DNA of 64,000 nucleotides, taken from assembly GCF_001194135.2 (NCBI RefSeq), contig NC_068981.1, positions 167,111,438 through 167,175,437 on the forward strand. The letters are read 5' to 3'. Under the pieces are notes generated by a model. It searched no databases and was not told the DNA's origin. It saw only the letters and a program-made list of their open reading frames with translations. Below, piece by piece: positions 12,602 through 25,039 of the stretch (positions are counted from its first letter, which is position 1; each line of letters begins with the position of its first letter). The position numbers and the translations under genes are program-made. The stretch comes from Octopus bimaculoides. Its lineage: Eukaryota.

Positions 12602-13977
12602 AGAATTGAGTAATGTATCTGAAATATTTATTATCAGTGAAGTAGTTTATGCTTACATTTAATTTGCCGTTCGCGAAAAGAATTGAGTAATGTATCTAAA
12701 ATGTTTATATCAGTGAAGTAGTTTATGTCTACATTTAATTTGGCTTTCATGAAAAGAATTTAGTAATGTATCTGAAATGTTTATATCAGTAGTCTATGTC
12801 TACATTTATTTTGCCGATCGTGAAAAGAATTGAGTAATGTATCTAAAATGTTATATCAGTAAAGTAGTTTATGTCTACATTTAATTTGCCGTTCGACAAA
12901 AGTATTGAGTAATGTATCTGAAATGTTTATATCAGTAAAGTACTTTATGTCTACATTTAATGTGCTGTTTGTGAAAAGAATTGAGTAAAGTATCTGAAAT
13001 ATTTATATCTGTAAATTAGTTTGTCTACATTTAATTTGCCGTTCGTGAAAAGAATTTAGTAATGTATCTGAAATGTTTATATAAGTAGTTTATGACTACA
13101 TTTAATTTGCCGTTCGTGAAAAGAATTGAAGAATGTATCTGAACATTTATATCAGTAAAGTAGTTTGTCTACAATTATTTTGCCGTTCGTGAAAAGAATT
13201 GAGTAATGTATCTGAAATGTTTATATTAGTAAAATAGTTTATGTATACATTTAATTTGCCGTTCGTGAAAAGAATTGAGTAAAGTATTTGAAATGTTCAT
13301 ATCAGTATAGTTTGTCTACATTTAATTTACCGTTCGTGAAAAGAACTGAGTAATGTATCTGAATGGTTATATCAGTGAAGTAGTTTATATCTACATTTAA
13401 TTTGCAGTTCGTTAAAAGAGTTGAGTAATGTATCTGAAATGTTTATATTATTAAAGTAGTTTATGTCTCCATTTAATTTTCCGGTCCCGAAAAGAATTGA
13501 GTAATGTATCTGAAGTAGTTTATGTCTATATTTAATATGCCGTTTGTTAAAAGAGTTGAGTAATGTATCTGAAATGTTTATATTAGTAAAGTAGTTTATG
13601 TCTACATTTAATTTGCCGTTCGTCAAAAGAATTGAGTAATGTATATGAATGTTTATATCACTGAAGTAGTTTATGTCTACATTTAATTTGCCGTTCGTGA
13701 AAAGAATTGAGCAATGTATCTGAATGTTTATATCAGTGAAGTTGTTTATATCCACATTTAATCTTCCGTTCATTAAAAGAGTTGAGTAATGTATCTGAAA
13801 TGTTTATATTAGTAAAGTAATTTATGTCCACATTTAATTTGCCATTCGTCAATAGAATTGAGTAATGTATCTGAAATGTTTATATCAGTAAAGTAGTTTT
13901 TTTCTACATTTAATTTGCCGTTCGCGAAAAGAATTGAGTAAAGTATCTAGAATATTTCCTGAAAAGAATTGAGTAAA
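12602..13977. repeat. Tandem array of ~76-bp units, about 18 copies
   Basis: Unit approx GAAAAGAATTGAGTAATGTATCTGAAATGTTTATATCAGTAAAGTAGTTTATGTCTACATTTAATTTGCCGTTCGT. Copies are head-to-tail with no unique spacers. Confidence 0.95.
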
Positions 13978-16082
13978 TTATCAAACATTCTTATATAAAT
14001 AAATTCATTTGTTTATACTATTCCTTCTTTTTATATCAATATGTGAGTGTTTAAAATATTTATTTAAAAATATTTATAAAGATGTATAGTTTCCAAGTTG
14101 TGATCTAATTTAACTTATCAACCTATGCTAATTACATATTACTATATATTCTTTTTTTCTTTTTTCTATATACATATGCATAATTCTGCAATCGAGGTAG
14201 AAAGAGCCATGATGTAATGTATTAGGTCCATTTGTCTTTACATGTATGTTAACATATTGTATTATATCACTGTAACCTTTTTATATTTTTATTTTTTCCT
14301 CTCTTTCTGTACAATGAACATCCTGATGAAGGGAGCATCTAATTTCTAATATGTGTACTACACCATATTAATAGACATATTAATGGTCCGTAGATGAAAA
14401 CTTTTAACATTACCTCAGTATTGTACGGTTTTTTGATGTACACGTTTTTAATATAATACATGTAAATTTATAGTATCATATCAAATTGTATCATATTGTA
14501 TATATTTACCCTTTATATGTTAAATCATACTGTACGTTTATATATCGTAATGTATTATCTTAAATTGTCAAATATTTTTATACAACTTGGAAACTATGCA
14601 TGTTTATAAATATTTTAAACATTCATGATATTTCTGAAGTTTATATCATTGTATATGCCTGTATACTTTATTTTATCTTACTTTTTAGACATTTTAGAGA
14701 CTTAAAACTATATATTTATTGATTCTAGAATGAATTGAACACACATATACACATATATTAAATCTTGTGTTGGATATACGGTAGTGTTCCTGTGGTCTTC
14801 CACCCTTATGTATCCATTCTTACTATCATTTGAATTCTAGCTCATGCTGAGCACTTCAACTCTAGCCTGTTTTTATGTATTGTTATATTAACAATATATA
14901 ATTATACAAAGAATTTACAGCTTATATATATATACACAATGGGTTACTTTCAGTTTCCATCTATCAAATCCACTCAAAAGGCTTTGGTTGGCCTGAGGCA
15001 ATAGTAGAAGACACTTGCCCAAGGTGCTATGCAGTGGGACTGAATCCGGAACCATGTGGTTGGGAATCAAGCTCCTTACCTTACAGTCATGCTGTGACTT
15101 AGTGGTTCAACAAAAGTAAACCAATAGAATAAGTACCAACCTTGAAAATAGAATAAGTACCGGCTTTGAAAGTCCTGGGGTCAATTTGTTTGACTAAAAC
15201 CCTTCAAGGTGATGCCAATGACTGAAATAAGTGAAAGATGAAATATTGATTTCAAATTTTGACACAAGGCCTGCAATTTCGAGGAGGGTTAAGTTGATTA
15301 CATCAACCCCAGTGCTCAACTGGTACTTATTTTATTGACCCCCAAAAGGATGAAAGGCAAAGTTCATCTTGGCAGAATTTGAACTCAGAACGTAAAGACA
15401 GACGAAATGCTGCTGAGCATTTTCACCAGTGTGCTAATGGTTCTACTAGCTCACTGCCTTAAGTAAAAGATTAAATATAAAAAAGATGTTTGCAGTGTTC
15501 ATCTTCTGCTTGTAACTAACAACCACCCCCCAAAAAAACAAAAAAAAAACAACAAAAAAATGTTTGTAGCATTAAAAGAAGTTTAAAAAAAAAACATAAA
15601 GCAAAATACAAAGTTAACAAAATGCATCATGAAATAACTGATGTTTCAAACATCAGGAGTCAAGATACCTGGAAGGCTGTAAGAATTGCAAAGTTGTAAG
15701 CCTAATAAAATCAAAGCAGCATAGGGGAAAATGGGACGTAAAAAGCTGAAGTAAAATAAAGTCAAAATGATAATAATAGACTACAACAACAGCAACAATA
15801 ATAATAACAAGCAGCAGCAGCAGCATCACTGCCACTGCCACTATGACCACTGATAACTAACTTAGCTATGATTGGTGGTGGTGGCGGTGGTGGTGGGGGG
15901 ATGCATAGTGGTTTGTGGTGTATAGTAATTTCTTTACAACAAATTGAATTTTCAGTGTGACAAAATCAGAAGGGAATCAGATTCTGACTTAATTTGTAAA
16001 GTGTTGTTTGGGTATGTGACAGATCAAATGTTAGATGCGATTCTGAACTCATAAAAGGATATACAATAATGAAGTTACTTAC

Positions 16083-16152
16083 GGATCAAGCATAATGGCA
16101 TGTTGGTATGCTTTCTGTGCATTGTCAGCATCATCAAGATATGTTAAACAAA
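16083..16152 (-). CDS. BBS4: BBS4 exon 11 (ICLTYLDDADNAQKAYQHAIMLDP); last exon identified
   Basis: Matches human [24 protein letters not shown]. 70 nt, TAG/GTAAGT, ends in phase 2 with no stop. Confidence 0.93.
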
Positions 16153-19100
16153 CTAGCAAGAGAAGAAGCAGTGAGTTACGACATGTCTTTTCGATTAATT
16201 CAGAACATTATGTATAAACAGTTTGCAAATATCAATGGTATCGAAGTGGAATAATTTGGGCTGTTTATTTATTTCATCACTTGAATGATAATTAATATTG
16301 GTTTCAAATTTTGGCACAAGGCCAGCAATTTTAGGGGAGGGGTAGATGATTACACTGATCCCAGTACTTGACTGGTATTTTTATTTTATCAACTTCTGAA
16401 AGGACGAAAAGCAAAATTGCCCTTGGTAGCATTTGAGCTGAGAACATAAAGAGCTAGAAGAAAAGCTGCTAATCAATCTGTCAGCTCACCACTTTCACTC
16501 TTTGAATAATAATAATAATATTGGTTTCAAATTTTGGGTACAAGGCCTACATCAACCTCAGTGTTTGACTGGAGTTATTCTTATCAACCATGAAAGGAAG
16601 AAAGGTAAAGTCGAACTTGTTGGAATTTGAACTCAGAACATAAAATAATGGATGAAAAGCCACAAAACATTTTGTCTGGCATGCTAACAATTCTGCCAGC
16701 TCACCACCTTAATAATAATAATAATAATAATAATAACATTGGTTACAAATTTTTGCACAAGGTCATCAATTTCAGAGGAGAGGGTAAGTCAACTACATTG
16801 ACTCCCAATGCTCAACTGATACATATTTTTATTAACTCCAGAAAAATGAAAGACAAAGTCACCCTTGATGGAATTTGAACTCAGAATGTAAAGACAAATG
16901 GAATGCCACTAAAGCATTTTTGTCTGGTATGCTAATGATTCTGCCAACCTGCTACCTTTGAATAATGGCATTAGTTTATATGTTACACCCAACAAATAAG
17001 ATCTGAAACATTCATGAAATAAACCTTCTGCCTATAGTTTATCATCAAGAATTGTGCATATCTCTGATGCAATCTATCAGCATACTTTCACCAAAATAGA
17101 CTAATTTAATTTTTGTTGCCAAGGGTGGTATTGTTGGGCCTCCATCCAGGTAGTAATGTTATTAAGCTGTAACTTACATTAATAACTTAATGTTTTAGCG
17201 ATATTGTAATCAATTACAATAGCCAAACCAAATAACAAGTTTCTCTGCATAATGTTTCCAACATGGCACTGGGCATAAAAGTTTTGTGCCAGGGGTTAGC
17301 TGATTGTATCAACCTTGAAAATATGAAAGGCAAAGTTGAATTCAGCAGGATTTGAACTCAGTATGTAAAATAATACTACAAGGAATTTTACCAACTTTAT
17401 TTTACTGACCTGGAAAGTATGAAAAGCAAAATTGACCTTGTCAGGATTTGAACTCAGAATGTGCCAAAATTGGCTTCAAATTTTGGCACAAGGGCAGCAA
17501 ATTCAGTGGGATGGGGCTAGTTGATTATATTGATCCTAGTGCTTAACTGGTACTTTAATGAAAGGCAAAGTTAGCCCCAGTAGAATTTGAACTCAGAATG
17601 TAAAGATGGACGAAATGCCACTAAGCATTTTGTTCAGCACGCTAATGATTCTGCTAGCTTGTTGCCTTAAAGCTCGAATAAATATTAGTTTCAAATTTTG
17701 GCACAGAGCCAGCATTGTTTAGGGGTGGGGAAATTCAATTACATTGAGGCAAGTGAAATCGAAATTGCACTAAATTCGACGACTGGCACCCACGCCAACG
17801 TCGTTTCCTTCATTGGACACGAAACTCGGCTTGCGAAGACCTGTTGGGGCAAGCGAAATCGTGATGGCACCTGTGCCTAGCGTCGCCTTTCTGGCACTTG
17901 TGCCAGTGGCACGTGTAAAGACATTCAAGTGAGATCGTTGCCAGTGCCGCTGGACTGGCTCCTGTGCAGGTGGCACATAAAATACACCATTTCGAGCGTG
18001 GCCGTTGCCAGTACCGCCTGACTGGCCTTTGTGCCGGTGGCACGTATAAAGCACCCACTACACANNNNNNNNNNNNNNNNNNNNNNNNNNNNNNNNNNNN
18101 NNNNNNNNNNNNNNNNNNNNNNNNNNNNNNNNNNNNNNNNNNNNNNNNNNNNNNNNNNNNNNNNNNNNNNNNNNNNNNNNNNNNNNNNNNNNNNNNNNNN
18201 NNNNNNNNNNNNNNNNNNNNNNNNNNNNNNNNNNNNNNNNNNNNNNNNNNNNNNNNNNNNNNNNNNNNNNNNNNNNNNNNNNNNNNNNNNNNNNNNNNNN
18301 NNNNNNNNNNNNNNNNNNNNNNNNNNNNNNNNNNNNNNNNNNNNNNNNNNNNNNNNNNNNNNNNNNNNNNNNNNNNNNNNNNNNNNNNNNNNNNNNNNNN
18401 NNNNNNNNNNNNNNNNNNNNNNNNNNNNNNNNNNNNNNNNNNNNNNNNNNNNNNNNNNNNNNNNNNNNNNNNNNNNNNNNNNNNNNNNNNNNNNNNNNNN
18501 NNNNNNNNNNNNNNNNNNNNNNNNNNNNNNNNNNNNNNNNNNNNNNNNNNNNNNNNNNNNNNNNNNNNNNNNNNNNNNNNNNNNNNNNNNNNNNNNNNNN
18601 NNNNNNNNNNNNNNNNNNNNNNNNNNNNNNNNNNNNNNNNNNNNNNNNNNNNNNNNNNNNNNNNNNNNNNNNNNNNNNNNNNNNNNNNNNNNNNNNNNNN
18701 NNNNNNNNNNNNNNNNNNNNNNNNNNNNNNNNNNNNNNNNNNNNNNNNNNNNNNNNNNNNNNNNNNNNNNNNNNNNNNNNNNNNNNNNNNNNNNNNNNNN
18801 NNNNNNNNNNNNNNNNNNNNNNNNNNNNNNNNNNNNNNNNNNNNNNNNNNNNNNNNNNNNNNNNNNNNNNNNNNNNNNNNNNNNNNNNNNNNNNNNNNNN
18901 NNNNNNNNNNNNNNNNNNNNNNNNNNNNNNNGTTTGCTTTATTGTACCAAGACTCTTTAAGAAAGAAAAAACAAATTGGCTGTTGGATCTGCAATGGATA
19001 TTTAATTCAACTAACTTTTCTTGAAAAGAACAGACAGTTGGGTGTATAAGAAATTTACTTTTTAATGCTTGAATAATTGAGTAACTATTTATCTATTTTA

Positions 19101-20472
19101 TTTTAGGTCAACTTAAAATAAACAAAAACAGTAATAATCCCAAATCTTTGATTATAGGTTAGCTCAATTAGAGTCAATTCAAGGCTGGACTGCAGTAACA
19201 ACGCCCCCCCCCACCATTAACAGCACAAAAAACCCATTTAAGACTGAATTCCTAAGTTGTCACAGGTTAGATGTTGCTGTTGTTGTAGTATAGGACAAGA
19301 TCAACCCTAATTAAGCAGACCCATTGCATGTCCACAAATCCATAGCTATGGATATGCCATACCTTGTAGTGTAAGATGAAGTTAAAGTGTTTATCTATCC
19401 TTTTGATAGCCACAAAGACCCCATGGGTCAATAATGACCACTTTGCCAACTCCTGGCCTTGACATAAGAGAGGCAACATAAAGTAGAGGTAGGAAATCTC
19501 TAGTTTTGAAAGGGACAAGGTAACACCTCTTCCTACTTCCATTTTTCTCTCTCTCTCTAGTATTGGTACTAAGATAAAATACAGTTGATAGTTAGCAAAT
19601 AAACAAAGAAAGAGAAAGAAAACACAGGGTATAGGGGACTGTTCAGTTGTGTTGAAGGAATGATAACCTCTGTAACAGTGTTGCCATGATTTTAAGCATT
19701 AAGGGTACTGAATCATTATAAATATAACTAAATGTTTATTGTTCTTTGTCAATTTCTGTTAAGTATTTTCATTACATTTCTATAAGACTGTGCAATCATG
19801 TACAGGCTGCTTCCTTGCAGTGTGGTTGGTTAGATGTATTGAAGTTTGAAAGGTTGGATAATTTTTCCTAATAACAGTAATTAGAATCTATTTTCTACAG
19901 CAGTGTTGCATGAGATAAATAATGTGGCCACACAAAATATTTAGTGAACTAGTACAATTTGTACATCTAGGAAAAGTCTGTATGCACAAGGCCATGAGTT
20001 TTTCATAACCACCCTACCTAATTAATATTTTGCTTGTTTCAGTCATTGGAGAGCGGCCAAGTTGGGGCACCACCTGGAAATGTTTAGCCAAACGAATCAA
20101 TACCAGCATTTGTCTTTTTTAAATTTTTGTCTCTTTTGCTAAGTTATGAGAACAGAAACAAATCAACACTGGTTCTCTAGTGAAGGTCGTGGTGGGGGGA
20201 CAAACACACACACACACACAGAGTAAGAAGTCACTAAGTATAAATGACTATGAAGAAGGAGAAATTAAGATGAAAGGAATGAATTTATTTTGAACTTGAA
20301 AGAGCTTGGGTCATAAGAAAGAGGAAAAAAATGGTATGGAAGAGAATTTCAAAGATATGGTCAGTTTAAATGCTAAAGGGTTAAATTATGCAAATTACTT
20401 AGGCCATAAACGTGTTCTATTATTATGTATAAGTTTAAGTTTCTTGGCTGATGGAGATAAGGTTGGACAATT

Positions 20473-20517
20473 GTTGTGCTGATGATGTCTGTTGGGGCAG
20501 AAACACAAGTCTACAAC
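20473..20517 (+). ncRNA. Minimal type I hammerhead ribozyme motif
   Basis: GUUGUG-CUGAUGA-UGUCU(GUUG)GGGCA-GAAA-C(ACAA)GUC-UACAAC: 6-bp stem I, 5-bp stem II, intact core, GUC triplet. Confidence 0.7.
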
Positions 20518-20932
20518 TGGCCCCTTATTTCAAATTCCTTAGTGATATAGTACCTTTGGAAAATTCTAGATTCTTGAGATTATTTCTCTTTCTCATATGA
20601 AATTAGTCTTAACTGTCATTTGGTAATTATGACATATCCTCTAGAAGCAGAGATAATTTTAATAAATCAAGAATTTATGCTGTATGGCATTTGATATATC
20701 TGGACTTGACTCTGTTGTTTATATCTATGCCACTGGCCATTCTGTGCTATTTCTCTTAGTGCATTTTGTTTAAGACACATAACTCTGCTTGCTTTATTTT
20801 ATTTAACTAACAACAGGATCTTGTCTCATTAAGTATTTAATTAGTTAGCAATAGTAGAACAACTGCTAGAAAAATATCATTTTTATCCATCTTAGCCAGA
20901 TTAAAAATGGATTCTAAACAATGAATTCTATA

Positions 20933-21280
20933 GGCGCAGGAGTGGCTGTATGGTAAGTAGCTTGCTTACCAACTACATGGTTCTGGGTTCAGTCCCACTG
21001 CATGGCACCTTGGGCAAATGTCTTCTAGTATAGCTTCGGGCCGACCAAAGCCTTGTAAGTGGATTTGGTAGACGGAAACTGAAAGAAGTCCGTTGTATAT
21101 ACGTATATGTGTATATATATGTGTGTTTACGTCCCCGTAACTTAGCGGTTTGGCAAAAGAGACCGATAGAATAAGTACTAGGCTTACAAAGAATAAGTCC
21201 TGGGGTCAATTTGCTCAAATAAAGGCGGTGCTCCAGCATGGCCGCAGTCAAATGACTGAAACAAGTAAAAGAGAAGTAAA
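20933..21280 (+). mobile_element. tRNA-derived SINE family (GGCGCAGGAGTGGCTGTATGGTAAG...), representative copy
   Basis: A and B boxes, a CORE-like GGCACCTTGGGCAAATGTCTTC segment and an internal microsatellite. Other copies at approx 1420-1640, 3230-3450, 14935-15085, 22578-22760, 24660-25025, 29680-29840, 41640-41990, 52020-52220 and 59245-59810. Confidence 0.85.
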
Positions 21281-21334
21281 AGTAAAAGTTACTAAAAGAA
21301 GTAATTGTGAAGGAAATGAAGGAAATTCACTTAC

Positions 21335-21506
21335 TAGCTAACATCATAAATGCTTCAGGATCTTTTGGTTTGTACTTCAGCATAGTACTAAGAAAGTGGA
21401 ATGCAGATGCATATTGTTGCATGTGGAGATGAACTAATCCCAGATTATACAACACCTTTGTGTCAAATGGAGAAAGATAATTGGCTCGTTTTAAACAGCA
21501 GATTGC
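21335..21506 (-). CDS. BBS4: BBS4 exon 10 ([57 protein letters not shown])
   Basis: Matches human [40 protein letters not shown]. 172 nt, CAG/GTAAGT. Confidence 0.98.
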
Positions 21507-22969
21507 CTGTAAGGGAATGAAAAAAAAAAATATATATGAGACTATGTATTTGATACTTGGTTGTTAATGATATAAATTAAATATGTAAAAAGCATCCAGT
21601 CCACACTGTAAAGTGGTTGGCATTTGGAAGGGCACCAGCTGTAAAAACCATGCCAAAACTGATCTCACCTGTGCTGGTGTCATGTAAAGAGCACTCAGTC
21701 CACTCTGCAGGGTGGTTGCTGTTAGGAAGGGCATTCAGCCATAAAAACTATACCAAAACAGACATTGAAGCCTGGTGCAGTCTTCTGCCTAGGCAGCTCC
21801 TCCCAAACTGTCCAACCCATGCCAGCATGGAAAGCAGACATTAAACAATGATGATGATGATTATGATGAATTTCATCTACTGCCTATAAGCTGTTTCATT
21901 AAGTATCAATTTTGCATTTTTAACTTCAATCTCAAACAACTTGTGTCTGTGCGTGAGGAGACCCGGCAAGCCAAGTGAGACCTAAATCCAAGGCCTCTGC
22001 CAGGGGTGTAGCCAGCCCACTTATGAGTACCTTTCCTACATTGGACACTAAACTCCGCTTGCGAAGACTTGTTGAGGCAAGTGAAANNNNNNNNNNNNNN
22101 NNNNNNNNNNNNNNNNNNNNNNNNNNNNNNNNNNNNNNNNNNNNNNNNNNNNNNNNNNNNNNNNNNNNNNNNNNNNNNNNNNNNNNNNNNNNNNNNNNNN
22201 NNNNNNNNNNNNNNNNNNNNNNNNNNNNNNNNNNNNNNNNNNNNNNNNNNNNNNNNNNNNNNNNNNNNNNNNNNNNNNNNNNNNNNNNNNNNNNNNNNNN
22301 NNNNNNNNNNNNNNNNNNNNNNNNNNNNNNNNNNNNNNNNNNNNNNNNNNNNNNNNNNNNNNNNNNNNNNNNNNNNNNNNNNNNNNNNNNNNNNNNNNNN
22401 NNNNNNNNNNNNNNNNNNNNNNNNNNNNNNNNNNNNNNNNNNNNNNNNNTGACAAATCAGATTGGAGCCTGGTGTAGCCATCTGGTTTCACCAGTCCTCA
22501 GTCAAATCGTCCAACCCATGCTAGCATGGAAAGCGGACGTTAAATGACAATGACGATGATGATGATGATGATGACACAAATGTGGTTGTGTAGTTGAGAC
22601 ACTTACTTCCCAACTATGTGGTCTCGGGTTCAGTCCCACTGTGTGGTACCTTGGGCGAATGTCTTCTATTACAGCCCCAGGCGGACCAAATGCCTTATGA
22701 GTGGATTTGGTAGATGGAAACTGAAAGAAGCCCACCGTGTGCCTGCATGCATGTGTGTGTGTGTGTGTGTGTGTGTTCATTTTCATTCTTCCATGAGAAA
22801 AATGTCTGAGCATGGGGAAATATTACCTTGCTTGGAAGTAGGGTTGGCAACAGAAGATCTGCCTGAACAAATTCCATTTGACCCATGCAAGTATGGAAAA
22901 GTGGATGTTAAATAATGATTCAATCTCATAAGCATATTTCCGGATATAATAGTTATAAGTGTGCATACT

Positions 22970-23935
22970 TGACAGAGTGTAAGCACCTTGAGAGCAAAGT
23001 TGGACCTAAGAAGCATCAGTTGTGGTGTGGAAGAGAGACGATTGCGCTGGTATGGTCATGTAGCGAGAATGGATGAGGATAGCTGTGTGAAAAAGTGCCA
23101 CACCCTAGCGGTTGAAGGAACCTGTGGAAGAGGTAGACCCAGAAAGACCTGGGATGAGGTGGTGAAGCACAACCTTTGAACATTAGGCCTCACCGACGCA
23201 ATGACTAGTGACCGAGACCTTTGGAAATATGCTGTGCGTGAGAAGACCTGGCAAGCCAAGTGAGACCTTTGCCAGGAGTTTAACCAGCCCACTTATGCGT
23301 ACCTTTCCTTCATTGGACACTAAACTCTGCTTACGAAGAACTGTTGAAGCAAGTGAAATCGAAATCGAAATCGAACCAAATTCGTTGTCTGGCACCCATG
23401 CCAACCTTTTCTTCATTGGACACTAAACTCTGCTTGTGAAGACCTGTTGAGGCAAGTGAAATCGAAACAAATTTGATGACTGGTACCCGTGCCAGTGGAG
23501 CGCTAACAGCACCATCTGAGCATGATCATTGCCAGAGCAGCTGTCTGGCTTCTGTGCTGGTAGCATGTAAAAAGCACCATTTGAGCGTGATCATTATCAG
23601 CGTTGCCTTACTAGCACTTGTGCCGGTGGCACGTGAAAAAACATTCGAGCGAGGTTGTTGCTAGTGCCGCTGGACTGGCTCCTGTGCAGGTGGCACGTAA
23701 AAAACACCATTTGAGTGTGGCTGTTGCCGGTACCACCTGACTGGCCCTCGTGCTAGTGGCATGTAAAAGCACCCACTATACTCTTGGAGTGGTTGGCGTA
23801 AGGAAGGGCATCCAGCTGTAGAAACTCTACCAAATAAGATTGGAGCCTGGTGCAGCCATCTGGTTTGCCAGTCCTCAGTCAAATCGTCCAACCCATGCTA
23901 GCATGGAAAGCGGACGTTAAACGATGATGATGAAG
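22970..23935 (+). mobile_element. 5'-truncated RTE-clade LINE: RT C-terminus, 3' UTR, (ATG)n tail
   Basis: LRAKLDLRSISCGVEERRLRWYGHVARMDEDSCVKKC...GRGRPRKTW. Ends ...GCATGGAAAGCGGACGTTAAACGATGATG. Confidence 0.9.
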
Positions 23936-25039
23936 AAATACATATTCTTAAAAAGTCAGTTGAAGAAGTGTTATGGTAATTTTGTTTTAATTAGTTTGAC
24001 CTTAAGTTTTAAGTAAGCATTACAGAGGTTATCTATATTTTGCCTTCAGATAAAAAAAATCAGATTTTTCCACCATCAAACAGATATCAATATTGCAAAG
24101 ATAAAATACACTTTTGTTTTCTTAAGTGGTTGGGTAAGTGATATGGATGTAAACATTATAATTCTTAATTTTAAAGACAGTGATATGAGGTTGCTTATTG
24201 ACAAGAAGAATGTACTTAGAATATGTTAAGTGGTTTCAAGTAGTGCAGGAAATATAGTTGGCAGTGGAGGCTTAGGTCTCGTATCAAAGGTTAAATCTAT
24301 TGTGATTATCATTCACAAGTTTTATATTACTAGAAGAGTTGTCTATAAAACAATATAAAGGAGGAAAAAAAATATGTTAAGCAGTTTGCTTTGCAGCTAA
24401 TGCAAATCTAAGTGTAACATTTGTCATGTGGTTTGCTAATTGCTTGAGTTGAGCCGGTCAATTATGATATACTTTAAACGTCTGAGTTGCCATTGTTGAA
24501 GTGGATGGTATTATTATTGTGGTAGTAGTGTATGTGTGGAATGTTGTTGCTGGCTTTGTGAATAAAAACTGAAGCAAACTCATGAACATTTAACTGTGAT
24601 ATTCATTACTGGACATAATGTATTTGGTGTTGGCTATTTACAATTATCTTTTATTTTTTACTTGTTTCAGTCGTTAAGACTGTGGCCATCCTGGGGCACT
24701 GCCTTGAAGAATTTTTAGTCAAATGAATTGACCCCAGTACTTATTTCATTTTTGAAAGTCTGGTACTTATTCTACTGGTCTCTTTTGCTGAACTGTTAAG
24801 TTATGAGAATGTAAGCACATGAACACTGGTTGTCAAGTGGTGGTGGGTGACAAACATAGAAACAAACACACACGCAAACACACAATGGGCTTCTTTCAGT
24901 TTCCTTCTACCAAATCCACTTACAAGACTTTGGTCAGCCCAAGGCTATGGTAGCAGACACCTGCCCAAGGTGCTACATAGTGGGACTGAACCCAGAACCA
25001 TGTGGTTGGGAAGCAAGCTTCTTTATTTCATTATATAGG

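Noticed and set aside
12602-13977. Possible CRISPR-like array
   Set aside because: The whole 76-bp unit repeats with no unique spacers, there are no cas genes, and the context is eukaryotic.
14320-14360. Other CTGATGA hits (near 14326, 35085 minus, 45391, 58434 minus, 36924 minus)
   Set aside because: They lack a properly placed GAAA, stem III or triplet, or are cut by an N gap (36924).
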